Source of the DNA: Candidatus Versatilivorator sp.
GTDB lineage: Bacteria; Acidobacteriota; Terriglobia; Versatilivoradales; Versatilivoraceae
Reading direction: 5' to 3'
Assembly (NCBI GenBank): GCA_965207735.1
Contig: OZ242296.1
Span: 796,257-860,256 of the forward strand
Length of the DNA stretch: 64,000 nt
Shown: in pieces, positions 9,846-18,653 of the stretch
How the letters are laid out: every line of letters starts with the position of its first letter
How positions within the stretch are numbered: position 1 is the first letter of the stretch
Made by a program: the position numbers and the translations under genes
The notes under the pieces: generated by a model
The model's input: the letters and a program-made list of their open reading frames with translations, nothing else
Told to the model about the DNA's origin: nothing
Database searches by the model: none

Positions 9846-11042
9846 TTATCGAGGTGTCCCGGAAGTTCCCTTGGCTCCGTCCTCAGCCAGAAAGGTTCCG
9901 AGCCTTTGCAGGGCTTCCCGCAGGATGTCTCGGTCGGCCGCGTAGCAGAGGCGCACCGAGCCTTCCCCTCCGGCCCCGAAGGCCACACCGGGAGCGAACC
10001 CGACTCGCATCCGGAGCAGAAACCTGCGGCAGAAGTCGAAAGAGTCGGACAAGCCCTCGATACGGGGAAACAGGTAGAAGGCTCCCAGCGGTTCGGGAAG
10101 CGTGACTCCCGGCATGGCCTCCAGGGCCTGCCGGCAAAAATCGAGGTTGTCCCGCAGCCGCTCTCGCATCGACTCCAACTCCGATTCCCCGTCCCGTAGA
10201 GCCGCTTCTCCCGCTTTCTGAGCCATGGCCGGAGCGTGGGAGACCACGAACTCGTTCAGTTCGGTAGACTTTTTGGCCGCATCCCGGCGGGTCACCAGCC
10301 ATCCCAGACGCCAGCCGGTCATGCAGTAGGTCTTGGAGAAGGATTGCACCACCAGCACGGCGTCGTCCCGGTCACACAGGCGCAATATCGACGGGGCCAC
10401 CTGCCCGCCGTAATAGAGGCGTTCATAGACTTCATCGGCCAGCAGCCACAAACGGTGGCGGCGGCAGAACTCGAGCAGCGACTCCTGGTCCTGCAAGGAA
10501 GCCACCCAGCCCAGCGGGTTGGAAGGCGAGGTATAGAGGAGCAGCCGGGTTCGCGTGGTGAGGCAGGACTTGAGCCGGTCGAAATCGATCTCGTAACGGG
10601 AGCCCCTCAAGACCATCGGCACCTGCCTGGGTTTGGCGTTGAACATCTGCACGATGGCCGAACCGTTGGGCCAGGCCGGAGTCAAGAGCAAGGCCTCGTC
10701 CCCCGGATCCAGGGCGCAGCGAATGCCGACATTGAGGGCCTGTACCCCGGAGCTGGTAATGACAATCTCCGATCCGGGGTCCAGTTCCACCCGGTGCAGC
10801 TCCCGGTACTTTTCCGCCAGGGCCTTTCGCAGGCTGGGAAGACCGGCGTTTTCGGTATAGAAGGTGTATCCGTCGGCCAACGCCCGGATTGCCGCCTGCT
10901 TGATGTAGTCGGGCGTGGGTTGGTCCGACTCACCGAAATAGAGCTTCAGCACCCCGTCCATGGAAAAGGCGATATCGGCGATCTCGCGAATGCGTGAAGC
11001 CGGCACCGCGGCGACCGAAGATGCCAGGGGAGCCTTTTCCAT
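9846..11042 (-). CDS. Pyridoxal-phosphate-dependent aminotransferase, class I/II (aspartate/aromatic type)
   Basis: PLP-lysine motif 'SFSKTYCMTGWRLGW', 'SPSNPLG'. Start placed at the ATG at 11042 ('MEKAPL'); the track ORF extends to 11099. Confidence 0.85.
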   Translation of the reverse strand: MEKAPLASSVAAVPASRIREIADIAFSMDGVLKLYFGESDQPTPDYIKQAAIRALADGYTFYTENAGLPSLRKALAEKYRELHRVELDPGSEIVITSSGVQALNVGIRCALDPGDEALLLTPAWPNGSAIVQMFNAKPRQVPMVLRGSRYEIDFDRLKSCLTTRTRLLLYTSPSNPLGWVASLQDQESLLEFCRRHRLWLLADEVYERLYYGGQVAPSILRLCDRDDAVLVVQSFSKTYCMTGWRLGWLVTRRDAAKKSTELNEFVVSHAPAMAQKAGEAALRDGESELESMRERLRDNLDFCRQALEAMPGVTLPEPLGAFYLFPRIEGLSDSFDFCRRFLLRMRVGFAPGVAFGAGGEGSVRLCYAADRDILREALQRLGTFLAEDGAKGTSGTPR

Positions 11043-11190
11043 GATGGCTTCAGACTGTCCGGGACAGCGGGAAACGTTCTTGTTGAGTTGGGTCGGCACT
11101 GTTCGAGCTCGTGGCTGCCACCCAGATCACGGGAAGACCTGCCGAATTCATTGAAATAGCGGAGAGGCTGTGGTACAAGAAAACTCAAGT

Positions 11191-11267
11191 GGCGCTATGG
11201 TGTAATTGGTTAACACGCTGCCCTCTCAAGGCAGAGAGTACGGGTTCGATCCCCGTTAGCGCTACCA
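11191..11267 (+). tRNA. tRNA-Glu (anticodon CUC), CCA encoded
   Basis: 77 nt cloverleaf built by hand. Acceptor ggcgcta/tagcgct (G1-U72), D-arm gtgt/acac, anticodon stem ctgcc/ggcag with loop cT-CTC-aa, T-arm acggg/TTCGATC/cccgt. Confidence 0.8.
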
Positions 11268-11605
11268 ACCTCCTCAAGCCCTGAAATCCTCTCCTCAATC
11301 TTCTGATCCGCGCGAAGGCACCAGGCAACCTGGTGGTCGACGCCCGATAACGCAGGTTCGATTCCGAACCTGAATTCTATCCAAACAGTATCAGAAGAAG
11401 CCACGGGCAGGCGAGTCCTTTGAGATCCACGCTGCCTTCAAGTCGTTCCCGTTCGATCTCCTCCAGGTTTAGCTGAAGGGTGATGCTGGTTGGACCGCGG
11501 AAAACATTCTTTTTGCCCTCCTTTCGATCCAGGCAAAAATCAAAGAGGAGGGCAGCGGCGCCGGTCGGAATGTTAATGAACATGCATATCATTATCATTA
11601 TAGTA

Positions 11606-11634
11606 TTGACATCCTTCACCGACGCTCCTATCCT
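11606..11634 (+). promoter_or_regulatory. Putative sigma70-type promoter (TTGACA-17 nt-TATCCT) upstream of the beta-propeller gene
   Basis: TTGACA at 11606-11611, a 17-nt spacer, TATCCT at 11629-11634. It sits in a local AT-rich patch about 65 nt upstream of the ATG at 11700. Pattern match only. Confidence 0.3.
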
Positions 11635-11699
11635 GGCCACTTGGGTGCGGCAACTGTCATTGTCAGTTTTCGCCGCTCCCCGGGAGGAGGTGTCCCTTC

Positions 11700-12941
11700 A
11701 TGTCAGAGAGTCCTTTCGTCCAACGCCTTGGCCGCAGAGCATTTCTGGGGGCACTCTTTGCCCCGACCGCTCTCGCACTTGCCGACTGGAAGGAGTTCCG
11801 CGGAAACGGCTCCAGCTTGCTTGCCGGCCGGGAGCGCCTGCCGCTGGAGTGGTCGGATCAGACCAATCTCTCCTGGAATGCCACAACTCCCGGGTATGGT
11901 CAGTCCAGCCCCGTCATCTTCGATCGACACGTCTTTGTGACCTCCGTTGAAGGGGCTCGCAAGGATACTCTGATCCTCTCGGCCTTCGACCTTGCCGACG
12001 GAAGAGTACTCTGGACCCATCGAGCGGCGCCGGCACAGTCCATCCAGGAATCGGACATGATCAGCAAGGCGGCGCCCACTCCCATTGCCGATGCCGCCGG
12101 TGTCTACGCCTTCTTTGAAACAGGCAACCTCGTGGCCCTCGATCACCAGGGACAACTCCGGTGGGAACGCCGGCTGACGGAGGAATTCGGAGAATTCAGG
12201 GGAAGGCACGGCATCGGAAGCTCGCTTCGCCTCTGCCAGTCCGGCGTGATGGCCCTGGTGGCCCACGCCGGGCCTTCCTATCTGATCTGTGTCGATCCGC
12301 GGACAGGCAAGACCGTTTGGAAAACGGACCGCCCCAAGAAGGTTTCCTGGACGACCCCCGCGGTGACGGAGCAGGATGGTCGCGAGTTGGCGCTGGTCAG
12401 CGGCGGCGACCGCGTGGACGCCTACGATACAAAGGACGGTTCACTGCTGTGGACCCTGGAGGGGTTCGAACGGGCCTCCGTTCCGTCACCCACCCCCACC
12501 CCGGGAGGCGCGATCATCGGTTCCAGCAAGAAGGGCTGGACCTCGGCCATCCGGTTCGGCTCGGCTGCTTCTACAAAGCCCGAGATCGCCTGGAGAGCCG
12601 CCGAGGCTACTTCCTATTTCAGCTCTCCCCTGGTGCACCGCTCGCGCGTGTATATGGTCAACAAGGCCGGCGTCGCCTTCTGCCTGGACCTCGAGACAGG
12701 TCAGGAAGTGTGGCATCAGCGGCTCGAGGGGCCCTGCTGGGCCTCCTCCATCGCGGCCGGCGATTCCCTTTACTTTTTCGGCGTGAATGGAACCGTTGAA
12801 GTCTATAGCCCAGCGGACTTTCCTTCGAAGATTGCCGAGAATAAGCTATCGGAAGAATCACGCCTTTACGGCATTGCCGTGGACGAAGGACAGTTGGTCC
12901 TCCGCTTTGGCCGCCGACTCACCTGCATCCGGCAAGCCTGA
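11700..12941 (+). CDS. Exported PQQ-like/BamB-like beta-propeller repeat protein (Tat signal)
   Basis: 413 aa. 'RRAFLGALFAPTALALA' twin-arginine leader. Repeated '...G..LW...' blades ('GRVLWTH', 'GQLRWER', 'GKTVWKT', 'GSLLWTL', 'GQEVWHQ'). GGAGG RBS upstream. Confidence 0.7.
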   Translation: MSESPFVQRLGRRAFLGALFAPTALALADWKEFRGNGSSLLAGRERLPLEWSDQTNLSWNATTPGYGQSSPVIFDRHVFVTSVEGARKDTLILSAFDLADGRVLWTHRAAPAQSIQESDMISKAAPTPIADAAGVYAFFETGNLVALDHQGQLRWERRLTEEFGEFRGRHGIGSSLRLCQSGVMALVAHAGPSYLICVDPRTGKTVWKTDRPKKVSWTTPAVTEQDGRELALVSGGDRVDAYDTKDGSLLWTLEGFERASVPSPTPTPGGAIIGSSKKGWTSAIRFGSAASTKPEIAWRAAEATSYFSSPLVHRSRVYMVNKAGVAFCLDLETGQEVWHQRLEGPCWASSIAAGDSLYFFGVNGTVEVYSPADFPSKIAENKLSEESRLYGIAVDEGQLVLRFGRRLTCIRQA

Positions 12942-12997
12942 GCGGCGGCAACACTCTCGGATAGTCCTCCCGCCGTCGCTCCCTGCCATCCATTCCC

Positions 12998-13132
12998 TTA
13001 TCTGAAACAATCGACAACCGAAAAAGACAAAAGAAAAAGAGTGATCCACGAAGGGCCACTAAGGCGTTGAGGTTAACCGCGACGGGATGTCAAGGTCGCG
13101 AAGAGATGGTCGATTTCTGATTGTTTCACTCT
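12998..13132 (-). repeat. MITE-like intergenic repeat, copy A (same family as 46973-47130 and 51172-51322, opposite orientation)
   Basis: The reverse complement aligns by eye over about 135 nt with copies B and C. Shared blocks are 'AGAGTGAAACAATCAGAAATCGA', 'GGTTAACCTCAACGCCTTAGTGGCCCTTCGTG' and 'CTCTTTTTCTTTTGTCT'. Short terminal inverted repeat TGAAACAATC/GATTGTTTCA. Confidence 0.75.
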
Positions 13133-13179
13133 ATGTAGAATCCGCCCGGGCGGGCCGGACTTGCCTGGAGAGTCCGATA

Positions 13180-13220
13180 GAAAAAATTCATTGCAATTGA
13201 AATTCATTTTCATAATAATC
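13180..13220 (+). promoter_or_regulatory. AT-rich putative Fur-family operator/promoter upstream of the TonB-dependent receptor
   Basis: 'aaaaATTCATTgcaattgaaATTCATTttcataataatc' contains a duplicated AAATTCATT and ATAAT-type hexamers reminiscent of Fur boxes. It lies 100-140 nt upstream of the ATG at 13320. Not a strict consensus match. Confidence 0.35.
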
Positions 13221-13319
13221 TCCTGAGTGAAACGCCCTCCGCGGGGATTCGCTTCCGGCGCCCCATTCCCAAATCGCCACCTCAAGGAAAATCCGCACGT
13301 GCCGAAGAGAAGGAGTCGC

Positions 13320-15779
13320 ATGCTTCAGGTAATGGTCGGCACACTCGCCATCGTTCTGGCCTCGACCGTATTCGCTCACACTTCGACACTTTGGATCCGC
13401 GGCCGGGTGCTGGACTCCTCCGGCACTCCCATGTCCGACGCTAGGGTGCAATTGACATCTGGCGATCAGCGTTTTGAGAGAAGCTTCCAGACCGGAGAGG
13501 AGGGCCTTTTCCAGTTCGGTGAGTTAAGCCTGGGCAACTATCGAATCACTGTTTCCAGCCGGGGCTATCGTACGATTGACCGGATTCTTAGCCTGCCGGA
13601 AGATGCGGCGGATGAAGTCCGACTGACCTTGCAACCGGACCCGAGCTTGACGATCTACGAGCGCATTATGGTGGTTGGCGATCCCGAGCGTTTGGATGAA
13701 ATCCCCGGTGCCGCCCACATCATCGGACCAAGGGAGTTGAAGCGACAAAAGCAGGGGCTAGACGATATCCACCGCATGCTGAGGCAGATCCCTGGAGTCA
13801 ATATTCAGGAAGAGGAGGGCTACGGGCTGCGGCCCAACATCGGGATGCGAGGGACGGGTGTGGATCGAAGCTCCAAGATTACCCTGATGGAAGACGGAGT
13901 TCTGATTGCCCCGGCCCCCTACGCGGCCCCCTCGGCCTACTACTTCCCCACCTCCGGACGCATGCGATCGCTGGAAGTTCGCAAGGGGTCCAGCCAGATC
14001 AAGTACGGCCCCAGAACCAATGGCGGGGTCCTGAATCTCGTGTCCAGCGAAATCCCTCGAGCATTGAGTTTGGAGGGCAAGCTCGGTTTCGGATCGGACT
14101 CGGCGGGTCAGGGACACCTCAACCTGGGAGGCACGCACGGCAACGTCGGATGGTTGGTGGAAAGCTACCAGGTGAAAACCGATGGCTTCAAGGAACTGGA
14201 CGGCGGAGGAAACACGGGATTCTATGTCGGCGACTACCTGGCCAAGCTTCGCTTTCAAACCCCTCTGGATGCCAGAGTTTTTCAGCAATTCGAGGTAAAG
14301 CTAGGATCCACCGAGCAGGACTCGGAAGAAACTTATCTGGGCCTGACCGACGACGACTTTGCCCTCAACCCCAACCGTCGCTACGCGGCTTCTCAGGCCG
14401 ACCGCTTCGATTCCAATCACCGTCAATATCAGGCCCGGTATTTCGTTGCCGTTCCGGGTGGCCTGGACGTGACCATGGTGGTTTACCGCAACAACTTCGC
14501 CCGGAACTGGTTCAAGCTCCAGAGCATTGGCGGCAACAGCATCTCGAGGATTTTCGGGGATCCTGACGCGTACGCCGGCGAGTTGGATATCGCCCGTGGG
14601 AGAGACAGTGACCCTGACATATTGAAGATCAGAGCCAACAACCGCCAGTATTTTTCACAAGGCATTCAGTCCGTGTTGGGTCTGCACCGCCACCTGGGAG
14701 GGGCTCAACATCGATTTGAATTCGGCTTTCGCTACCACCAGGATCAGGAGGCTCGGCTTCAGCACGAGGACGGTTTCCAGATGAGTGGCGGCCGCATGAA
14801 CCGAACCAGTTTTGGCGCTCCCGGAAGCCAGTCGAATCGACTCAGTGATGCCGAAGCCCGGTCCTTTTTTTTCCAGGACGAGATTCAATGGGACCGCTGG
14901 ACGGTCATACCCGGTATCCGTTACGAGAATATCGACCTGACCCGAACCGATTTCTCCAAAACCGATCCGGGGAGAACCAACCCAACCCGGGTCGGAACCA
15001 ATGCCGTGGAGGTGGCGATCCCGGGTGTCGGCATCAATTTCGATGCCAGTCAAGACGTGCGGCTCTTTGGCGGCGTCCACAAGGGATTCTCTCCACCGGG
15101 GCCCGGATCGAACGAGTTTACCGAGGCGGAGAACAGCATCAATTACGAATTCGGCTTCGGTCTGGGCCAGCCGGGCTTCAACACCCAACTGGTGGCCTTC
15201 TACAGCGATTACGGCAATCTCCTGGGGGCGGATACCTTGGCAGCGGGAGGACAGGGAACGGGCGACCTCTATAACGGAGGAGAAGCCCGTGTCGTGGGCA
15301 TGGAGGCCTCGGTATCCTTCGACCCGGTTTCAAACTTGCAGTCCGGGTTTTCTCTTCCCGTGCAGATGACCTATACGGTCACCCACGGTGAGTTTCGAAA
15401 CGCCTTCGATAGCGCTTTCGGGCCCTGGGGGGACGTGATCGTGGGAGACAGGCTTCCCTATCTTCCTCGCCACCAGTTCTATGCAAGCTTTGGAGTGAGA
15501 ACCGGCAAATGGGATGCAGGTTTCGATACGCACTGGGGGAGCAGCATGAGAACCGTGGCCGGTCAGGGGCGAGCCCCCCTGCTGGAGCGCACCGACGCCT
15601 ACGCCGTGCTCAACCTTTCGACAGAGTATGAGCTCTCACAACGGGCCAGTCTGTTTGCCAACCTGCAGAATGTGACCAACAATCGCTACATCGTGGCTCG
15701 CCGCCCCGCCGGAGCTCGACCGGCGCTTCCCCGTTTGTTCATGGCCGGGATTCACTTCAGGCTGGGCAGCGATCGCTAG
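13320..15779 (+). CDS. TonB-dependent outer-membrane receptor with N-terminal carboxypeptidase-regulatory-like domain
   Basis: Start at the ATG at 13320 with AAGGAG upstream and signal peptide 'MLQVMVGTLAIVLASTVFA'. 'IRGRVLDSSGTPMSDARVQL' (CarboxypepD_reg-like), plug 'KITLMEDGVLIAPAPY', long beta-barrel region. Confidence 0.85.
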   Translation: MLQVMVGTLAIVLASTVFAHTSTLWIRGRVLDSSGTPMSDARVQLTSGDQRFERSFQTGEEGLFQFGELSLGNYRITVSSRGYRTIDRILSLPEDAADEVRLTLQPDPSLTIYERIMVVGDPERLDEIPGAAHIIGPRELKRQKQGLDDIHRMLRQIPGVNIQEEEGYGLRPNIGMRGTGVDRSSKITLMEDGVLIAPAPYAAPSAYYFPTSGRMRSLEVRKGSSQIKYGPRTNGGVLNLVSSEIPRALSLEGKLGFGSDSAGQGHLNLGGTHGNVGWLVESYQVKTDGFKELDGGGNTGFYVGDYLAKLRFQTPLDARVFQQFEVKLGSTEQDSEETYLGLTDDDFALNPNRRYAASQADRFDSNHRQYQARYFVAVPGGLDVTMVVYRNNFARNWFKLQSIGGNSISRIFGDPDAYAGELDIARGRDSDPDILKIRANNRQYFSQGIQSVLGLHRHLGGAQHRFEFGFRYHQDQEARLQHEDGFQMSGGRMNRTSFGAPGSQSNRLSDAEARSFFFQDEIQWDRWTVIPGIRYENIDLTRTDFSKTDPGRTNPTRVGTNAVEVAIPGVGINFDASQDVRLFGGVHKGFSPPGPGSNEFTEAENSINYEFGFGLGQPGFNTQLVAFYSDYGNLLGADTLAAGGQGTGDLYNGGEARVVGMEASVSFDPVSNLQSGFSLPVQMTYTVTHGEFRNAFDSAFGPWGDVIVGDRLPYLPRHQFYASFGVRTGKWDAGFDTHWGSSMRTVAGQGRAPLLERTDAYAVLNLSTEYELSQRASLFANLQNVTNNRYIVARRPAGARPALPRLFMAGIHFRLGSDR

Positions 15780-15826
15780 GAATGGAGGACTGCTTCCGGA
15801 GCACCCTTCGACCGCCCGACGCAGTG

Positions 15827-16837
15827 TCATGCCGTCGTTTCAGAGCCGACCCCAGGTTCTGGACTTTGTGGGCGAGGATTCGAGGAACCGAGTAGGCGAT
15901 CGCACTCCTGCTGAATCAATTCGCAGTGCTCCAACTCCTCCTCGGCAAACTTCTGAAAAATGGCCTTGCCTCGGGTGTCGTTGAACTTTTCGGCGTAGCG
16001 TTTGAAGAAACGGTGGGCTCCCCGCTCCATGGACAGAGCTAGGTGTAGAGCTTCTTCCAGGCTCAACTGTTCCAGTTGCCTCTCTTGCAGCTCTTCGGGA
16101 CTGGGAAACAACCGATTGAGCTCGTTGTAGTCGAAGTGCAGGAAGACGGGCGCCTTCAGAACCCGCTTGTTCCTCTTGACGAGGGCATCCCACTCACCCT
16201 CGAGTTCCCGCAGGTGTTTTTCTTCCTCGGCTGCCATTTCGAGGAAAGCGTTCCTTCCCCGCGCGTCCGTGGCTGCTTTGGCCAGTGACTGGTAGAAATT
16301 GACGCCGTTTTTCTCGGTCTGCAGGGCGATACGGAGGGCGTCGCGGGCGAAAACCAGGTCTGAGTCGAAATCTTCGTGCTTGGCCGGGCGATGTTTCTGG
16401 CAATCCTCACAGACGCCAAACACCTGGAAATGGTGTCGCACCGGCTGGAAGCGGTAGCGTGAGACCACCTGCTCCTGAAGTTGCTCCAATTCAGGGCTGA
16501 GGAACTCAATTGCCTTCTGGCACTCCACACAGATGATGTGGTGGTGGTGAGGGCGCTTGTAGAGCGGCTCAAATCGGCTGCGGCTGTCCCCCAGGTCGAT
16601 TTCCCTTGCCAGACCCGCGTCGGTCAGGGCCTTCATGGTTCGCGAGACGGTGGCATACCCGATAGTCCTGTCCTTCTGCCGGACCTGGTGGTAGAGCTCC
16701 TCGGTGCTCAAGTGGCCTTCGGTCTTGAGGAAATTTTCAAGGATTACCTGCCGCTGCCGGGTGATCTTGAGCTTTTTCTTCTTCAGATAGGCAGCAAAGA
16801 TCGCCTTCTGTTCGACCAGCTCTTTGTTAGAGGCCAT
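15827..16837 (-). CDS. Fur-family transcriptional regulator fused to a C-terminal ferritin-like/rubrerythrin-type diiron domain
   Basis: 336 aa. The N-terminal ~140 aa is Fur-like: winged helix 'YATVSRTMKALTDAGL', 'HHHHIICVECQKAIEF', 'CEDCQ'. The C-terminal ~190 aa carries two ExxH-type motifs, 'EEEKHLRELE' and 'EEELEHCELI'. Single uninterrupted ORF. Confidence 0.75.
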   Translation of the reverse strand: MASNKELVEQKAIFAAYLKKKKLKITRQRQVILENFLKTEGHLSTEELYHQVRQKDRTIGYATVSRTMKALTDAGLAREIDLGDSRSRFEPLYKRPHHHHIICVECQKAIEFLSPELEQLQEQVVSRYRFQPVRHHFQVFGVCEDCQKHRPAKHEDFDSDLVFARDALRIALQTEKNGVNFYQSLAKAATDARGRNAFLEMAAEEEKHLRELEGEWDALVKRNKRVLKAPVFLHFDYNELNRLFPSPEELQERQLEQLSLEEALHLALSMERGAHRFFKRYAEKFNDTRGKAIFQKFAEEELEHCELIQQECDRLLGSSNPRPQSPEPGVGSETTA

Positions 16838-17160
16838 TGTCCAGCCTTTGGAGAGGGCGCCCGTATGACGGTTGGCTTGTAGAGGATCGTGGTTTAGACA
16901 GGAACGCTAGCCGGCAGAGTATAGCATCTCCTCGGAGCCGGCCACAACCGCGCCCGTAACCGGCCCTTGGCCGTTCGGGTGCATTCTATCTCCAGCCCGA
17001 ACTTCCCACTCATGCCCCCAGCTTCAGCAAGCGCAGGCGCAGCTCTTCGTTTGCGTCCTGGCGAAGCGCGTCTCCTGGCCCGTCACCGAAACTCCTGCGG
17101 CTAGACGAAGGCGACCGCCGACAGTAGGAGAGGAAAATTCTCTGGAAAATTCTCTCTTGT

Positions 17161-18647
17161 GAGCCTTTTGCAAAATTCGCAGATAGCGGGAATTTTCACG
17201 TGGGGAAAGATCAAGGAGGGCAGGTGGAAGGAGGGGCAAGACCACTGTCTGTTGTATCATGAAGGTGTCTGAACCACATGATGAACGGAGGTGGAACTTG
17301 CCCCTTAGGGAAACCCTATCACGACACTGGTTCCGGTTTCAACGAGAGCTGTTTCCCCTGCTGGAGGAAGTTTTGGGGCCTCTGGGAGAGCGTTACCAGC
17401 GGCTGGTGCAGGTATTGGAGTTGGTGCGGGTGGAGGAGTTGCTGCCTTACAGTCGGGGCTGGCGTGGCCGGCCGCTGGAGGATCGGGCAGTGCTGGCGCG
17501 AGCCTATCTGGCGAAGTCGATGCTGGAGGTGGCGACCACGCGGGGATTGGTGGAGCGGCTGAGGAGTGAGGGGAGGCTGCGGCGGCTGTGCGGCTGGGAG
17601 AGGGCGTGGGAGGTACCGAGCGAGTCGACCTTCTCGCGGGCCTTTGCGGAATTCGCTGAGAGCGACCTGCCGGGGCGTTTGCACGAGGCATTGCTGGAGG
17701 AGACGCTGAAGGGCCACTTGGCGGGGCATGTGTCGAGGGACTCGACGGCGATTGCGGGACGGGAAAAGCCAGCGGCCAAGGCTGCGCCGGAGGCCAAGCG
17801 GAAACGCCGGCGGGGCCGGCCGCCGAAGGGCGAGCGACGGCCCAAGCGGTTGAGCCGGCTGGAGCGGCAGGGGTCGATGACGCTGGAGGAAATGTTGAAG
17901 GAGTTGCCCAAGGCCTGCGACATCGGCGTCAAGCGCAACGCCAAGGGGCATCAGGAGAGCTGGACCGGCTACAAGCTACACCTCGACGCCATTGACGGCG
18001 GGATTCCGGTCAGTTGTCTGCTGACCTCGGCCTCGGTGCATGACTCTCAGGCAGCCATTCCGCTGGCGACGCTGACGGCAAGGCGGGTCGAGAGTCTCTA
18101 CGACTTGATGGACAGCGCCTACGATGCGCCGGAGATCCGGGCCTTCAGTGAGAAGCTGGGGCATGTGCCGATTATTGACGTCAACCCCCGCCGAAGAGCT
18201 ACCTTGAAAGCCGAGCGGAAGCGGGAGGCACTGGCCCGGCGCTGTATCGGCCAAGTGACTCCCGAGGCGCGGCGCTACCGGGAACGCTCGACGGTGGAGC
18301 GGGTCAACGGACGGCTCAAGGAGGAGTTTGGCGGGAGGCAGGTGAGGGTTCGCGGCCCCGACAAGGTGAGGTGCCACCTGATGTTCGGCATTCTGGCCCT
18401 GACGGTGGATCAGTTGATGCGCCTGACGCTCTGAAGACCGGGTTGCCACCCCCAACCGCACAGCAGGTTCGCCCGCCTCAAGGCCGGGAGAGGGTAAGCT
18501 GTGCCTGCGTCCGGCGACCGCTGGCCATCCGGCCATCAGATTCGGGCTTTTTCCTTCAAAAGGGTCTTTGCAGCTGGGTAGTCACCGCCGGAACATCACT
18601 GTTGCCAGCCCAATGTCATGCCCGATTCCGAATTTTGCAAAAGGCTC
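17161..18647 (+). mobile_element. IS element (IS4/IS5-type DDE transposase), 1487 bp, with 18-bp perfect terminal inverted repeats and 4-bp TSD
   Basis: IRL 'gagccttttgcaaaattc' at 17161-17178 and IRR 'gaattttgcaaaaggctc' at 18630-18647 are exact reverse complements. Flanking direct repeat TTGT at 17157-17160 and 18648-18651. Confidence 0.85.
17259..18434 (+). CDS. IS4/IS5-family DDE transposase
   Basis: 391 aa. 'SRDSTAI', 'YKLHLDA', 'DSAYDA' and 'YRERSTVERVNGRLKEEFG' are typical of DDE_Tnp_1 transposases. Confidence 0.85.
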   Translation: MKVSEPHDERRWNLPLRETLSRHWFRFQRELFPLLEEVLGPLGERYQRLVQVLELVRVEELLPYSRGWRGRPLEDRAVLARAYLAKSMLEVATTRGLVERLRSEGRLRRLCGWERAWEVPSESTFSRAFAEFAESDLPGRLHEALLEETLKGHLAGHVSRDSTAIAGREKPAAKAAPEAKRKRRRGRPPKGERRPKRLSRLERQGSMTLEEMLKELPKACDIGVKRNAKGHQESWTGYKLHLDAIDGGIPVSCLLTSASVHDSQAAIPLATLTARRVESLYDLMDSAYDAPEIRAFSEKLGHVPIIDVNPRRRATLKAERKREALARRCIGQVTPEARRYRERSTVERVNGRLKEEFGGRQVRVRGPDKVRCHLMFGILALTVDQLMRLTL

Positions 18648-18653
18648 TTGTGT

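Noticed and set aside
11300-11375. Second tRNA gene after tRNA-Glu (contains GGTTCGATTCC)
   Set aside because: I could not build acceptor, D or anticodon arms, and the T-stem does not pair. It is kept only as a low-interest observation.
11512-11556. Strong hairpin tgccctcct...aggagggca as a terminator
   Set aside because: No T-tract follows it on either strand, and it is not positioned after a convincing gene. The overlapping 87-aa ORF 11377-11640 has no support either.
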